From NCBI GenBank assembly GCA_030141605.1, contig JAQGDQ010002367.1, forward strand, positions 496,001 through 560,000: 64,000 bases of DNA. Direction: 5' to 3'. Every line of letters starts with the position of its first letter. Positions within the stretch are counted from its first letter, which is position 1. Positions 39,701 through 52,587 of the stretch are shown here, one piece after another. The notes under the pieces were generated by a model. It worked only from the letters and a program-made list of their open reading frames with translations, searched no databases and was not told where the DNA came from. The stretch is from Tubiluchus corallicola. Lineage: Eukaryota; Animalia; Priapulida. The position numbers and the translations under genes were made by a program.

Positions 39701-42700
39701 TGAATATAGTCACAAGGCCACCAAAGATTGGTAGGCAAACATCCGTAACCAAAGACGCTTTCTGTACCTCTCCCATTCTCGCTTACTCGCGCCAAAGACG
39801 CAAAACATAATGATCTTTACGGAATTGCATGTTCGAAATTCGCCAGAAAAAGGTAAGTTATTTAATTTATAAGTGTCTTTTGTTTAATAATGACTATAAA
39901 TTATTTGTGTAATCATAATAATGTGTTAAAAACTTCAATGTCTGTTGGGTTTATATTCAGAATGTTATGCAATGATTTTGTTATATTTTTTTATAAATTT
40001 TCTTTTTTAAATGAACGACATTTTTTGAATATTTGTAGAAATTATTACACTGTTTTTCGTGTGAAATAATTTAATAACATAAGTTGTATTGAATATTAGA
40101 TTTTTTCAAGTGTATTATTTTATAGGATACTAGTGGCAAGAGTTTAGTAGAAGTTGCTGCATTATTGAATGCCAAGCTTAGTCTTCTAGATCCTGCACAG
40201 CTAGATCACATTGAAGGTCGTTTACATGCACTAAACCAAAAGCTTAATCAGATAGCAGAGAAGAAGAGTGTAATACAAGAAGCTGATTCTCTAAATAAGG
40301 TATAAGCGTACATTCATTTTTTTATGAATTACTTATGTAGAGTATATTCAAAATAAAATGTAATTCTTAATAGTTACACACATATGCTCAAATATTAATC
40401 ATTGGTTCACTATGAAATTCTTTACACCAAAGAATCAACTATTTTTACACAAACTGATTTTTTGTTGCAGGTCTTATGATGGGAACTGTTGAGTTCTCGA
40501 AACATCATCATTTAATAATAGTAATTTTTTTAAATGTTATATTGTGCGATTCTGTGTAAAAATTGACAATAAAAATGACATTATGTCTAAGTTACTGTGT
40601 GCCTCAGTAACTACTAGACATTAACTAGAAATTTTAACAAATCCGAATGGTTCTTAGTTTTCTGGTTTTTTTTGGCATTCTGATTTATAGCCACCTCCAT
40701 GTTGTTTTTCACTCTTTTTTGGAAATTTAGTCTATAATTTGCGTTCACTACAAGCCACACTCATGTTTTTCTTTATTAAATTTGAAATTTTTATTTTATA
40801 GTGGTAACTGTTTCGTTATTTATGTTTATTTATTTATGTTTCGCATTGCTGCATTGTTAGTTTTACAGTTTGCTTAAAGAAATTGTAGAAAATATTTTAG
40901 AGTAATATTTTTTAAGTGAAAACTCCTTGTTCATTATTTGTCTCAAGGTGTCAGAGTTGTATGAATTAATGAAGAAGTGGGAACACACAACAGCTAGTCT
41001 TCCTGAGATTGTTGAAAGAATGGTTGCTTTGAAGGAACTTCATGAACAGGCATTACAGTTCAGTCAAGCACTTTCATATTTAGATACTGTAAGTTTCTTC
41101 CTTAAGCAGTACTTGTTATACGACTTTTGTTAACCACAGTGCACACATAAACTGTTTACATTGCACACATAAACACTTGTTATAAGTTTGTGAGCAACCA
41201 GCATCTCTTAGCTCATTTGCTGCTGTTAACTTTTTACTAATTAGCTTACTTTTGTACAGTTTTAGCTGGCAACTATAATTTAGTAGTCTTGCCTGCAGGT
41301 GTAAAACTATCATTTTTTACAAATTTTTATTTCTGCTGACTGAATTCATTCAACATTAAAGTATTTGGGTAATTTCTTTTTTAAGGGTAAGATATGACTT
41401 GTCTTATTAATTTTCTCAATGTTACATTAATGTTTCCTCACTGATACTACCAATTAAGAAAAGAAAATAATACACTGTTTAGTGTAAATAGTCTGTATTA
41501 GACTAATTTACCACACAGACTAATTTCATAGAATTTTTTCATTCCAATATTACAATAAGAAATTCCCAAATTTCGGAACTAGAGTCTAGAAGTTTCTTTA
41601 TCAACCAGTTTATAGAAAGATAGGTAAAATCTTTATTAACCAACATTAGGACAATACATGCACAGGGGTGCAATGTCTGTATTTGTATGTTGCATCCATG
41701 AATGGAAGCAGCTTGCCACAGTCACTCACAATTCTGACTGGACTCATAGTTGGCAATAGCACCAGACTATTCTAGTAGAATTAATGTAATCAAAGCATTT
41801 CATTTGAACTCTTTTTGGTAATTTGCTATGATTTCCTGCAACACCAGCCAGGCCAGTGCATATCATTGCCAAAAATTATGCTGTATTCGTCTTGCTGAGC
41901 ATTAACTGCACATAAAGGGTTTTCAGGGCTCGATTTTGGGGCCTCTTTTGTTTCTTGTTTATATAAATGACATTGCTCATAATATACAGTGTGACATAAG
42001 TCTTTTTGCTGAGAATACTTCCATAATGGATGCAGTCGCAGACCCAGTAGATTCCGCATTGCATCTAAGTTCCGACCTAGAGACCTTGCAGCACTGGGCT
42101 GATAGATGGTGTGTTACCTTTATTCCACAGAAAACCGAAGTAATGCGCTTCTCTCGTAAAATCCAGCAACGTCATCATATGCCACTTTATCTCAATAATA
42201 TAGCTTTAAAACATGTTAATTCTGATAAGCACCTGGGGATATATTTTACATGTGATCTAAAATGGGAACAACATGTAAACGAGATCATCGCAACAGTTCA
42301 GCCAAAACTAGGAAACTTGCGAGGTCTAGCCATTATACTGCTGCTTTCAACTTGTGAATTCTTGTTCAAAACTGTTATTTTACCCACTTTGGAATGCGGT
42401 AATATCGTATGGTCTGGACTCGGTCGTAATGTTGAATCTCTGTTTGATAATATTCAGCTGAATGCTGCGCGCATATGTACCGGTGCTGTGTCAGGTTCCA
42501 ATCATTCAGATCTTTCGTTCGAAGCAGGACTGGACCCCTTTTCTAAGCGTTTCCAATATTTCCGTTTATGTGCCTTTTATAAAATCGTGAATCACTTAGC
42601 TTCCCACTACCTTTTGCCTCCTCGTGTAAGGGATATTACAATGTATCCAGTCCTTAATAATGAAAACTTTTCTAATTACACTTGCCACTCAACTGCTTTT

Positions 42701-44097
42701 GATATTTCTTTTTTTCTTGCCTCAGTTAAGTGCTGGAATAGTTTACCTCTTGATATCTGTAACTCTAACTCTTTAAACATCTTTAAATCTCGACTCGAAT
42801 CAAGAATCACATGTGTTTTAATAAGCGGCCTACTTACTTTTCTAGTGGTACTAGAAATTCATCTCTACACCATACTAGAATGAGAGTTGGTTTTTGCCAA
42901 TTTAATTATGATTTATACTTCAAAAAATGCAAAAATTTTGATGGGTCGCTAGTTTCACCCAACTGTCAATGTGGTTCTACTTATGAAACAGTCGTTCATT
43001 ACTTAATTAGCTGCCCTCTTTACCATCAGGCGAGACACGACTTATTTACAAATCTCTGCACTCTTTTGTCAACTTTTAACATCAATGTTTACAGTCTTGC
43101 ATCAAATGAACTTATACGTTTGTTCCTGCACAGGAACTATACCCTCGATAATTCTGTGAACACAAATTTTTGTTTTAGTGCAGTCTTTTATTTCAAACAC
43201 CAAGCACTTTAAATAGTATTAAGTTTTTTACTCTTGTTACATATTAATGCTTATATTTATTGTAACATTTTTTGTACATTGTGGTCACCATTGTTCTGCA
43301 TCTATCTAGCTTTTTGCTCCCACTAGGGGAGAACATATATCAGTTGTAAAACTGTCTGCGTCAAATCTAGATGTTACACCTTCAATAAATTATGTTTAAA
43401 CCAAAGGGTTAGATGCCAGAATGCACATTGCATAATCCTTTGTTTCATGTGTTCAAAGCCTGTTCTACGCAGTCAACACAGATTATTTTCGAAACACAGA
43501 CTAATTAAATACTGGAAAAAGAGACAAAAGGTGCACTTTAAAATTAGTCTGTGTGAGACTGTTTTTCCACATAGACTAATTATACCAAACAGTGTAGCTA
43601 TTTTTCTGGTATATCCATTGAGTTGTATTTTAAGCCTCTGTAACTAAATTATTTTGTGACATTTCACATTAACATAATTTAGAATCTGTGAAAATTGAAC
43701 ATGTAAAAATATAAATTTTTATTTGGAATATCCAAGTAATTTTACAATAAAATGAAATAAACTTAAAGACATTGAAGATTAAAATGATCATTTTGAGTTC
43801 CATTTTCCACTTTAAACTTAACTTTAGTGATTTATGTAAGAAAAAGAGAAAATATTTTCATGGAATAGCGTAATTTTGCATGTGTGTTGCCAGTAACACA
43901 ATAGCCATTATTATTTCACTTGCCTTGCCAAAAATTAATTGATGAACACATTTCAGGCTCAACAGCAGTTGATCAGCAGTATGAAAACCAATGAATCTCT
44001 ACTGAAGCAAGCTGAAGCTACATTTACACAAAATCTAGCAGCAATCAGGGCAAATTGTGAAAGTGTTGATTCCCGACTCAAGGTTCTCAACAAGTAG
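36720..44097 (+). CDS. DCTN2: Dynactin subunit 2 (p50 dynamitin), 402 aa, 6 exons
   Basis: Exons 36720-36995, 38564-38713, 39121-39447, 40126-40299, 40948-41088, 43957-44097; all GT-AG, phase 0. Diagnostic MADPKYAGLPGIA..EPDVYETSDLPEDD, KETPHQKYQRLQHE, LKELHEQALQFSQ. Confidence 0.96.
37538..37916. mobile_element. Decayed Harbinger-like MITE in DCTN2 intron 1
   Basis: GGGGC....ATATCAAGTTT and AAACTTGATAT....GGATGGCCCC form a diverged ~30-bp TIR; AAA on both flanks; internal CCACCTAC repeats. Confidence 0.5.
41473..43594. mobile_element. CACTG-ended (EnSpm/CACTA-like) non-autonomous element with nested LINE, in DCTN2 intron 5
   Basis: CACTGTTTAGTGTAAATAGTCT / AGACTAATTATACCAAACAGTG TIR; TA on both flanks; subterminal CAGACTAAT repeats in both orientations. 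Confidence 0.75.
41922..43402 (+). mobile_element. 5'-truncated non-LTR retrotransposon (RT end plus C-terminal Cys/His knuckle), frameshifted
   Basis: QGSILGPLLFLVYINDI, FAENT (decayed FADDT), KHLG, WNSLP, CQCG...ETVVHYLISC; AATAAA near the end; 8-bp TSD AAAGGGTT (41914-21, 43403-10). Confidence 0.92.
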
Positions 44098-44835
44098 TCA
44101 TCCAGGGGAAAAGTTTCGTATAAGGACAATGGTTTTTTCAAATGTTGAAGATATTGTTGAGGTTCTGAAAATGGAAGTTTGTTGTATTTGTGCTGGTAAC
44201 GGGTAGCTAGAGCAGAGCATGAATGAACAGAAGTATTTGTTTATAAACTGCGGTCGCTTTTCAGCTAAATGGTGAATTTGTAAACATGGTGATATTGTAA
44301 TGGTATTAATTGTATCTTTTTTTGGCAATATTAATAAATAATGTGTTCTTGGTGGTGATGGAAAGTATAATTATTGCTTGTTGTTTGATGGCTTGCAATT
44401 ATTAACGGTTTGCTTCTAGTACCATTGTGCTACGATTTTTTTCTTTCAACAGATGTGAAACTTTATATGCAAACTAAAGCAAAAACAGTTCAAAAAGCCT
44501 GTTGCTTGTCCTTTGGAAGGATATTACTTGCTCGTTGCCAGATAAGTACTGTGGTGTTCTGTGTAGTCTTGATGTTGAACTGTACTAATTTTTGTGTTAC
44601 TTTATTACTAAGTTATTTTATTAATTTAATGGTGTACATAATGCATACAAAGACTGGAAAAGCTGAATATTACATCAAGAAAAGTAATTCTAAGAGGAGA
44701 GTGCCACTAAAAAATGGTAATTTCTGTAAGTCCAGTTATTGCAGGATAGCAGGCTTTAGTAAGGAGAGTGTCTCTATAAGGCTTGTGTCAAACAGAGCTG
44801 AAAATAATCCGTAAGGCATAAGCCATGAGGAGAAA

Positions 44836-44949
44836 AAGTCTGCCTCATGAAAAATGAACATGTGAAAACCAATGGTCCCTTTCACACAGGTAAGTCTGCC
44901 TCATGAAAAATGAACATATGAAAACCAATGGTCCTTGTAACGCAGGTAA
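44836..44949. repeat. Two 56-bp tandem units
   Basis: aagtctgcctcatgaaaaatgaacat(g/a)tgaaaaccaatggtcc...caggt twice. Confidence 0.85.
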
Positions 44950-46299
44950 TCCCATTTCTCGTCTTTAGGGTACCACAGTTTTGCTACCGTTTTGCATTTG
45001 ACATAATCTGCGGTATGGCCCTTGCAAGCCGTTTTGAGCAGATCATAAGCCACCTTGTAGCAAAATGAATTTTGCCATTAATTTCATTTGCTATAAGGCA
45101 TTTTTGGTTAGTGCTAACATGATAATGAGCATACTTCTGGTTTTTACTGTGCATAATGCAGTTATATTGTAACAGATGATTCATTCTTGACAGAATGATC
45201 TTATAAACAATAAAAACCAATTTTTTAAATGTGACATTGTACTAAAAAATCAATTAGATAGGCGCCGATTATCGTAATTTGTATAATGAAACATTTTTTA
45301 AGGAAACCTGTATTCTGTAATGAGCAAAATTACTTAAACATACATGAATAAAATTTGCATATAATACAAATATTTGGCAACCCAGCCATTCTGTACTGTT
45401 CTGTGTTTGGTTTCAGTCAACTATAATAAGGTACTAATGGATATCGTAACAAATTTTATTAGGGTACTGGATGGCTTTGTTCAAGTCTTATGCAGTGAAT
45501 TAGCCCAGTCATCTTTTTCATTGAAAATGAAATAATTTGTTTAACTAAATTAACAGTTTTTCTTCCACTATTACTTGTCCAACCTGGTGCTATGTGATCC
45601 TTCTGCCAGTGCCAAAAGCTCGTAAAATAAGTAGAGGAACATTCTGCTGTGGTTGAATGTTTTTCATTATCTCTTGTTTTTTTGCAATATTATGAAATAC
45701 GATCTACCTTCACATTGTCTGTTGCATTAAATGGGTCTAGCCCACATTGTTTGTTTCTGCTTAATTTTTTAATATGTCGTATTATGTAAAAAAAGCAACC
45801 GAATCCAGAGGATTTTGAATCAGGTAAACTAATAAATTAGGGTGATAAATTACTGATTCACACATCCAGCCAAAAATGGCTTATGGCAAAACGCTTTGCT
45901 AGTTACACAGCACATACGGCGGATTATGGAAGTTGGAAGATGCCTTATGACTTACGGATTATGGATTATGGCTTGCTCCTTAAGCCTTTCTCTATGTGTC
46001 AAAGGTCTAAAATTGTAATTTCGGTATGTCAAGTTATTGCAAGATAGCAGCTTTTAGTGACAGTAATTTCATGTCATAAATGTACATGCTTCTGCTAAAT
46101 TGTTCTTTTTGCTTTTCTCAAGTAGTATTTCTACCTATCTGCAGATGAATTTTTACCTGTTTTTTTCATAATCGTCTTACAAGCATGCCTTTAAATTTGA
46201 CGAAGAATAAAAAATAGTATTGTGAAATGTACAACATTTGTAGTCTTTATTGTGCCAATATTTACAATTGCTTGTAACTAAAATCGTAATGTGGTACAA

Positions 46300-48083
46300 C
46301 TTTACAAAGTTTTCGATCAGTAATTAAACAATGATGTAGTCAAGTCCTCATTTTAAATTTCCTATCGTCGAGATATTTAGCTTTGCTAACTCTAAAATAA
46401 CCCATTGCTGCAACATGGCTTAAGTGTTGTACTTAATAGGATTAATTTTGTGCATTATCATCGAGTTCACTGGATTATCATCAGGTAGTCTAAGCATATG
46501 CCCAATCCATCATCTTAAACAGTGTCTTTTTATTTTTTTTCTTGTCCAAGGTTCTTCTTTTATTTTTTCATACAGATCTTTATTTGAGATTTTCTTTGGC
46601 CATCTGATACCCAAAATGTTTCTGTAATTTCGCCTTTGAAACGCATCGATTTTAGCTTATGATTTTAATGTCTAGAGCTCAGAGTTGTACAACAACACAG
46701 TTTCAACTAAGGCTGACAATATTCTAATTTTTGTTTCCAAAGAAATCTTCTTATTCTCAAAAACTATTGTGAGTTTTGAATGTGCTAATAATGGCATAAT
46801 TTTGCGTCTTGATATGTCGCCTTCTGTTGCTATGAGACTAGAGAGATACTTGCATTTTTTCCGCAATTCATCACCATGACGTGTTATGTGAAACTCTTCA
46901 GTTTTATTTTTGTTTACTACATCATCCCTTTTCAGTTTTTCTTCTCTTTAGTTTTTTATTTCGTATAATTCTTCTTTGTTTCTTGTAATCTGTGCTACAT
47001 CATCAACATACTGCATAGGGATAGTAGTTGACATACTTTGTGGAGACGAGTAACTGTGTTCTTGTCTTACTTCATTTATTATTAATTCAGGCCCATGAAT
47101 TGTGTAGTTGTGATCTTCTAGGTCTTTCAATGGTATAACTTTGTCCTTAGTGAGACCTAATGCAAGATGTAAAGTAAAAGGAACAGGGCTTAAGCAGTCA
47201 CTCTGAGGTACTTCTTTGTTTGTAGAAAATGGCTGACTTAACTCTCCCTTCACACCTGACTTGAATTAATAGATTTTCCAACATTATATTTATGATGTCT
47301 ATTTCATCAGTCTCAAAGATTTCTTCTAGACAGCAAAGCAGAGTTTTTCTCCGAACACAATCAAAGGCCTTTGACATATCGATCATGAGGATATATATTG
47401 AGTAATCAGCAGAAGAGATGCCTTTTTCGGCTGTTAATTGGCAGGCTTGTACTAATTCAGTTCCGTCCTGGTTGATATGCTGCTTGGCTTGTTGGATGTA
47501 AGTGTGTAACCTATCATAGAGCCTAGTCAATATACAGATAGCCAAACTTTTCCTTATGAGTGTAAGTAAAAAGAAAAAGGTCTAAGATTCCTGTAGGACC
47601 TTTTTCTTATCTCTCTTGAGTAACGGGATAAGTATTCCTTTATGAATGTCTTGCGGAAATGTGCGTGTTTCTGAAATATCGTGCTGAATGTCAGCGATTT
47701 CTGAATATAAATCTGATCCATACTTGACCAACTTAGCATTTAATTGATCAATGCCCGGGCCTTTGTTGTTTTTCAATGATTTTGCTGCGTGCTTTACTCC
47801 CTTAGTAAATGGAACTTTCACTGGGTCCTTTTAATACCAGCTGCATTTTCATCGTTCAACATCTTTTGAACAAATTCTTGTAGGGCTTCAATTTCCTGTT
47901 TAGCATTAGTAATTAAATCATCACTTCTTTCTACAATCAGTTTTTTCTTTAGTTGAAAGTTCTGCAAAGTCCTTATTGATTAAAAATGCCCAGAAGCATT
48001 TTTGTTTGCTCAGTATCTTCTGCGATACCACCAATCACCTTTTTTCCTCTATTTGTTTTAGCTTTTCATGAATTTGTTTTAGA

Positions 48084-48145
<62 letters not shown>

Positions 48146-49985
48146 ATAATAACTATATAATATATATAAAGATATAATAATATTTATTTGCCATAAAAAA
48201 TCGATATTCATAACTATAAAAGCATAAAAGAAGAACATCGCAGCATGAGAATAAAATTCACACAACTGTTAAAGGCAAATGCATCCTGTGCAAACTAAAA
48301 ACTACTGTGACAAAAATTTAGAACAAAATATACATTGTAATGTTACACGCAAGTTATATACAATATATGCATACAATTTAAAATGGACGTGGGTAAATAA
48401 AATTTGCGGATGAATATATATTATCGTTTACGTATGTAGGGTTTTCAAAACGATTTAATGTATGTATTTTTAATTTTGATTTGAATTAGTCGAAAGACTT
48501 GATTTGTTTTAAACTTGATGGCAGGGTATTCCAAAGTTGAACTCCTTGTTTAGTGATAGAATTATTGCCGTATTTGTTATTAGTGCGTATTTGTTTAATA
48601 TTGTGTGTTCTTGGATTTAATGTTGGCTCCAAGAGGAGTGGAAGCTTATTTTTGATGAAGGGCTAATTTTTGCTAATATTGTTGATGTATTTATATAAAA
48701 ACAGGATTGTGTAGAAGTCTTTATGTGCTTGTAAAACTGGGATTTTAAACATTGTTCTTAATTCTGTTGCAGAGGTTTGATTTGTTATGAGAGACGTTTT
48801 ATTTGAATAACCAGCGACTAATCGTAATGCATAATTTTGAAGACTATTTAGTTTGTTATAGCTGTCTCTTGAAACTTCATGAAAAAGTGTGCATCCGTAT
48901 AAAAAGTGCGGTAGAATGAGTTTTAAAAATTAATAACTTTGCGTTTCTCCTTAAGATAATTAATTTCTGCTAAATTTTTACATTGGTGAATTTTATCTTT
49001 CTAAGCTTGCAGACAAAGTTTCTATCTCATCATTTTAAATTTTTTTCTATCACTAAATTTCACATGCCCTAGTATTTCTGCTGCCGAATTTTTTATGTGA
49101 CCGTTGACTTTATATGACTGCAAATCTGTGTGTTCAGATATCTCACCAGGTGGAGATTTATTAATATTAGTAAATATTTTGTTCTTTGTTTTTCTGCAGT
49201 ATCTTTACCCATTTGACTGAAATCTTGGTCATAACCAAAAGTGATCGGTGTCTATGTTTAAACTAGCATACGACCTGGAATTTCTTATTAGTGGCATGTG
49301 CATTTTCCTTACCATCTGTTTGATTATTTATAGGATTTCCTCTGGGTTCTCCATTCCATGACTTCTTTTTTTCTGTGTTGTTTGCCCGGTAGTGACATGA
49401 GCGGAATACAGTGTTAGTGACGACCGGATTTTTAGCTACAACAGTTACCGCTAATCGTAATCCATTTGAATTTGAAATTCCCTTTCCATATTTACCTAGA
49501 TACTGTAGTAATGAATTATGCAGTGATCCAATCTTGGCATTGAAATCTCCACAAACGATTAGCAAATGACTTTTGGGTACTGAACTAATAAAGTTATCCA
49601 AATCATCATAGAAAACATCTCTTAACTTGGGATCCTTTTCACTTTTTGCTAACATGGGTGCATAACCATTTACCGTAGTGATTTGCTTGTTTTTTTTGTA
49701 CAAGTTTTGAGCGCATTAGTATATAATTCTTGAATTTATAATAGTATTTGTGCAATTAAAATCCACTGAATAAACAAAACCCACCCCAGGATATGCGCTT
49801 GTGACATCTCCATGCAAAAGTACTTTAAATGTGCTTGTTATTTAGAGAATAATTCTCTGCTGATTTCACATGCGTTTCTTGTAGTGCCAAAAATGTCAAC
49901 CCATATTTGTCTAGATCTTTCAAAAGATTTTTTTCTTTCAATTTTGTTCTGAAGCCTTGAACATTAAGTGTTCCAGCTCTTATTA
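46300..49985 (-). mobile_element. Near full-length but decayed RTE-clade LINE
   Basis: APE endonuclease (GTLNV, LQETH, YAP, GDFNAKIG, NSNGLRL) at ~49260-49980; RT (KGPGID, DMSKAFD, VPQSDCLSP, QYVDD, LLYNSE) at ~46400-47850; boundaries approximate. Confidence 0.88.
48089..48925 (-). mobile_element. CR1/L2-group LINE 3' fragment with (TA)n tail nested in the RTE
   Basis: Minus strand reads LILPHFLYG...LNSLQNYALR and GVQLWNTLPSSLK; (TA)n at 48089-48138; flanks ttttagaatttcat / ttttaaaaattaat may be a decayed TSD. Confidence 0.8.
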
Positions 49986-52587
49986 TATCAGCATAATGAT
50001 GTGTTGCTGGAATTACTAATTCTATGGCTGTAAACTAAGCATGCAACTACGAGAATCTAAACTGATGCTGCTTCCGCAACTACCATTATTACACGCTTGA
50101 ATCATTGCAGAAAGTGATTTATATTTACATTAGTGCTAATTGTCTTCGCTTGGTAGTCAATCAGTTGAGAACTATAGTCCACGCCGTAGTTCAGTACAAG
50201 ACCAGTTCTAAAAACGTACCAAAGCAATACTAAATTAGTATTTTGCTGTGCTAATTATGCTAATAATCGGTAAAACTGCATTTGAAAAGTGCTATTGTTG
50301 TTTATATCATAGTAATAATTATGGCGACTCGCAATAACAAAAAACACTTACATTATGAAAGAAAAGAGACAATTTTGCAAAAAAATGAAACGATGCCTCT
50401 AGAACTATCGGAACCAGAGAGCAATGTCAGCTTTTCCTTTGCTCGGGGAGTAATCGACCAAGATATTTGCTGCATTTTAGACTATTTTGTGGCTCTTGGA
50501 AGCAGAAAAAATTTTTATCAATTCAGTATTAACAATAATGTCAATTTAGGTCTGTATAGTTAAAAAGAAAAATAGCTATGTTGGAATTCTTATGCATATA
50601 TTATGCTTTACAATTATTTTATACAAACTGATGTCATAGAAAAGTTGCTTCTATACAGGAAGTGGTAATGTGTGAAATGCACTGGTTACATCAAGGTTTC
50701 TCCAAAGCAAAAGTAGTGCTAAATTTTTATTTGTTAATTTCATTTTTTAATTTTTATTTTAATTCAGTACACATAATACTATGTTACATATATTTTACAA
50801 TACACATAAAAATTATTGATGAAACAGATTAAAAATACTGACTTACCTTGCCTAAAATTTACAACTTAATCACATAATATGTTTCGCTAGTTTAAAAAAC
50901 AGAGAAATGAAACATCAAAGTTTATACAGCCACAAACTAAACTGTCATTATTACTTGTAGATATGCAATTTCTTAAGCTATAGCAGCTCTTCCTTATTAT
51001 TACTTTTAAAGTGCAGAACCTCATGTGTACGTATTTAAGACGCTTTCGTAGACTCGTAATATCTAAAAATACTTATACTCTGATCTGAATTTCTCAATAT
51101 CTCCTACAGGAGTTATGGAGCTGCTACATCCATAAGCTACTACAATAAATTCCACTGCACTGCGATTTGAACAAAATACTTTTTACTTCCTTTGAACTAT
51201 ATTTAAATTCATGACATAGTGTATAAGCGCTTTCATATAATAATCTTAACTGTTTAAAACGGTTATAGAATGCATATTGCTATGGCAATAATTGCTTAGA
51301 TTACACGTACAAGATTAGAATAGCCTCACTTCTAACTAAAAAGCAAACACAAACAAATCTAAATAAAACTTAAACGTGGTATAATTTTCTATTTACAACT
51401 AATAAACTGTTGTACTTGTGGCCACAGTTATCGTGTTGTATTTTGAAAGTAAAGTAGTACCTGCCATAGTATCATTACACTGAACAATTTAGATATAATT
51501 TTAATGCACGATTTTATAAAAGCCGGGCTTACGTCATTCACCTCTCTTGTATTTCTCTAAAGAGAGCATGAAGTCATCACGAAGTCCCTTAAAAATATTT
51601 TATAAGACCGATAATTGATATTGATTGCGTCTGCAAGCATTACTTGAAGTATATTCGCCAACTACGTATGTAAAATTATAACTAATTATAAAAAGAACTT
51701 GGTGAAAAGGATAAAATCTTACATGCTTATTTTTATACTTATTAATTATTACAGGCATCATTAACAGAAAAGCGCCGATATATAAATGACAATGGGTTTT
51801 GGATTTAAACCAGTACTTATATTATAATAGGCATATGTAAACAAATTTCATTGTACAATATTATTTTAATTAGAATATTCTGTAATGTTGTGTATCACAT
51901 TAAAGGCACACTTAAGCGGTGTATCTCCTTATGTCTCTTGAACTGTCTTCTGCACTATGTGACTATTTTTATTGATTGAAAATGATTCAATGTTTTCATT
52001 TGTTTTACTGTAAATTTTTAATAGATGTCAAATAAACTAAACAATGCAAGCAGACTGTAATGCGTCTGTTTAACTACATATTTACATATAGCACTACGCT
52101 TATTCTTTTTAACTGACATGTCAAGTTTACCACAGTAAATATAACAGCACTTCGTGTTCATTGTAGTCGAGCTTGAACTATAATCCCAGTCAAAGTCGTT
52201 ATAAAATGAGTCCGAATGCGAGTCCTTAACTTAGTGGACTTGAGGATGGTAGCCATTAATAAGTTTGTCTATTCGCTATTTATATTTTTTAATATTTTAT
52301 AATATATTAGTTGCGACACAATAGCTTAAAACAGCAAAGCCAAACAGTACTCACATAATAAATTATTATGTTTGGCCGACTAGTCTGCTAGTAATAACTA
52401 TAATACAGATCAAGTTCTCCGCTTACAAAAAGTTCAAAAAAGTTTAAAAAGTTCAAAATGCAAAATGCATTAAAAAGACAAACAATAAGACTGCTTTCCC
52501 ATTCACTGTATCTGCATATTGTTAACATGTTGTTCTTCGTGTATAATTAAGCCTGCTTTACATAGCGTGCATGATCAAACTCTTGGC

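Noticed and set aside
36720-44097. All five DCTN2 introns are phase 0
   Set aside because: Phase 0 is the commonest class and five introns are too few to be notable.
44410-44814. 134-aa ORF after DCTN2
   Set aside because: Non-ATG start, no motifs, lies in or just past the 3' UTR.
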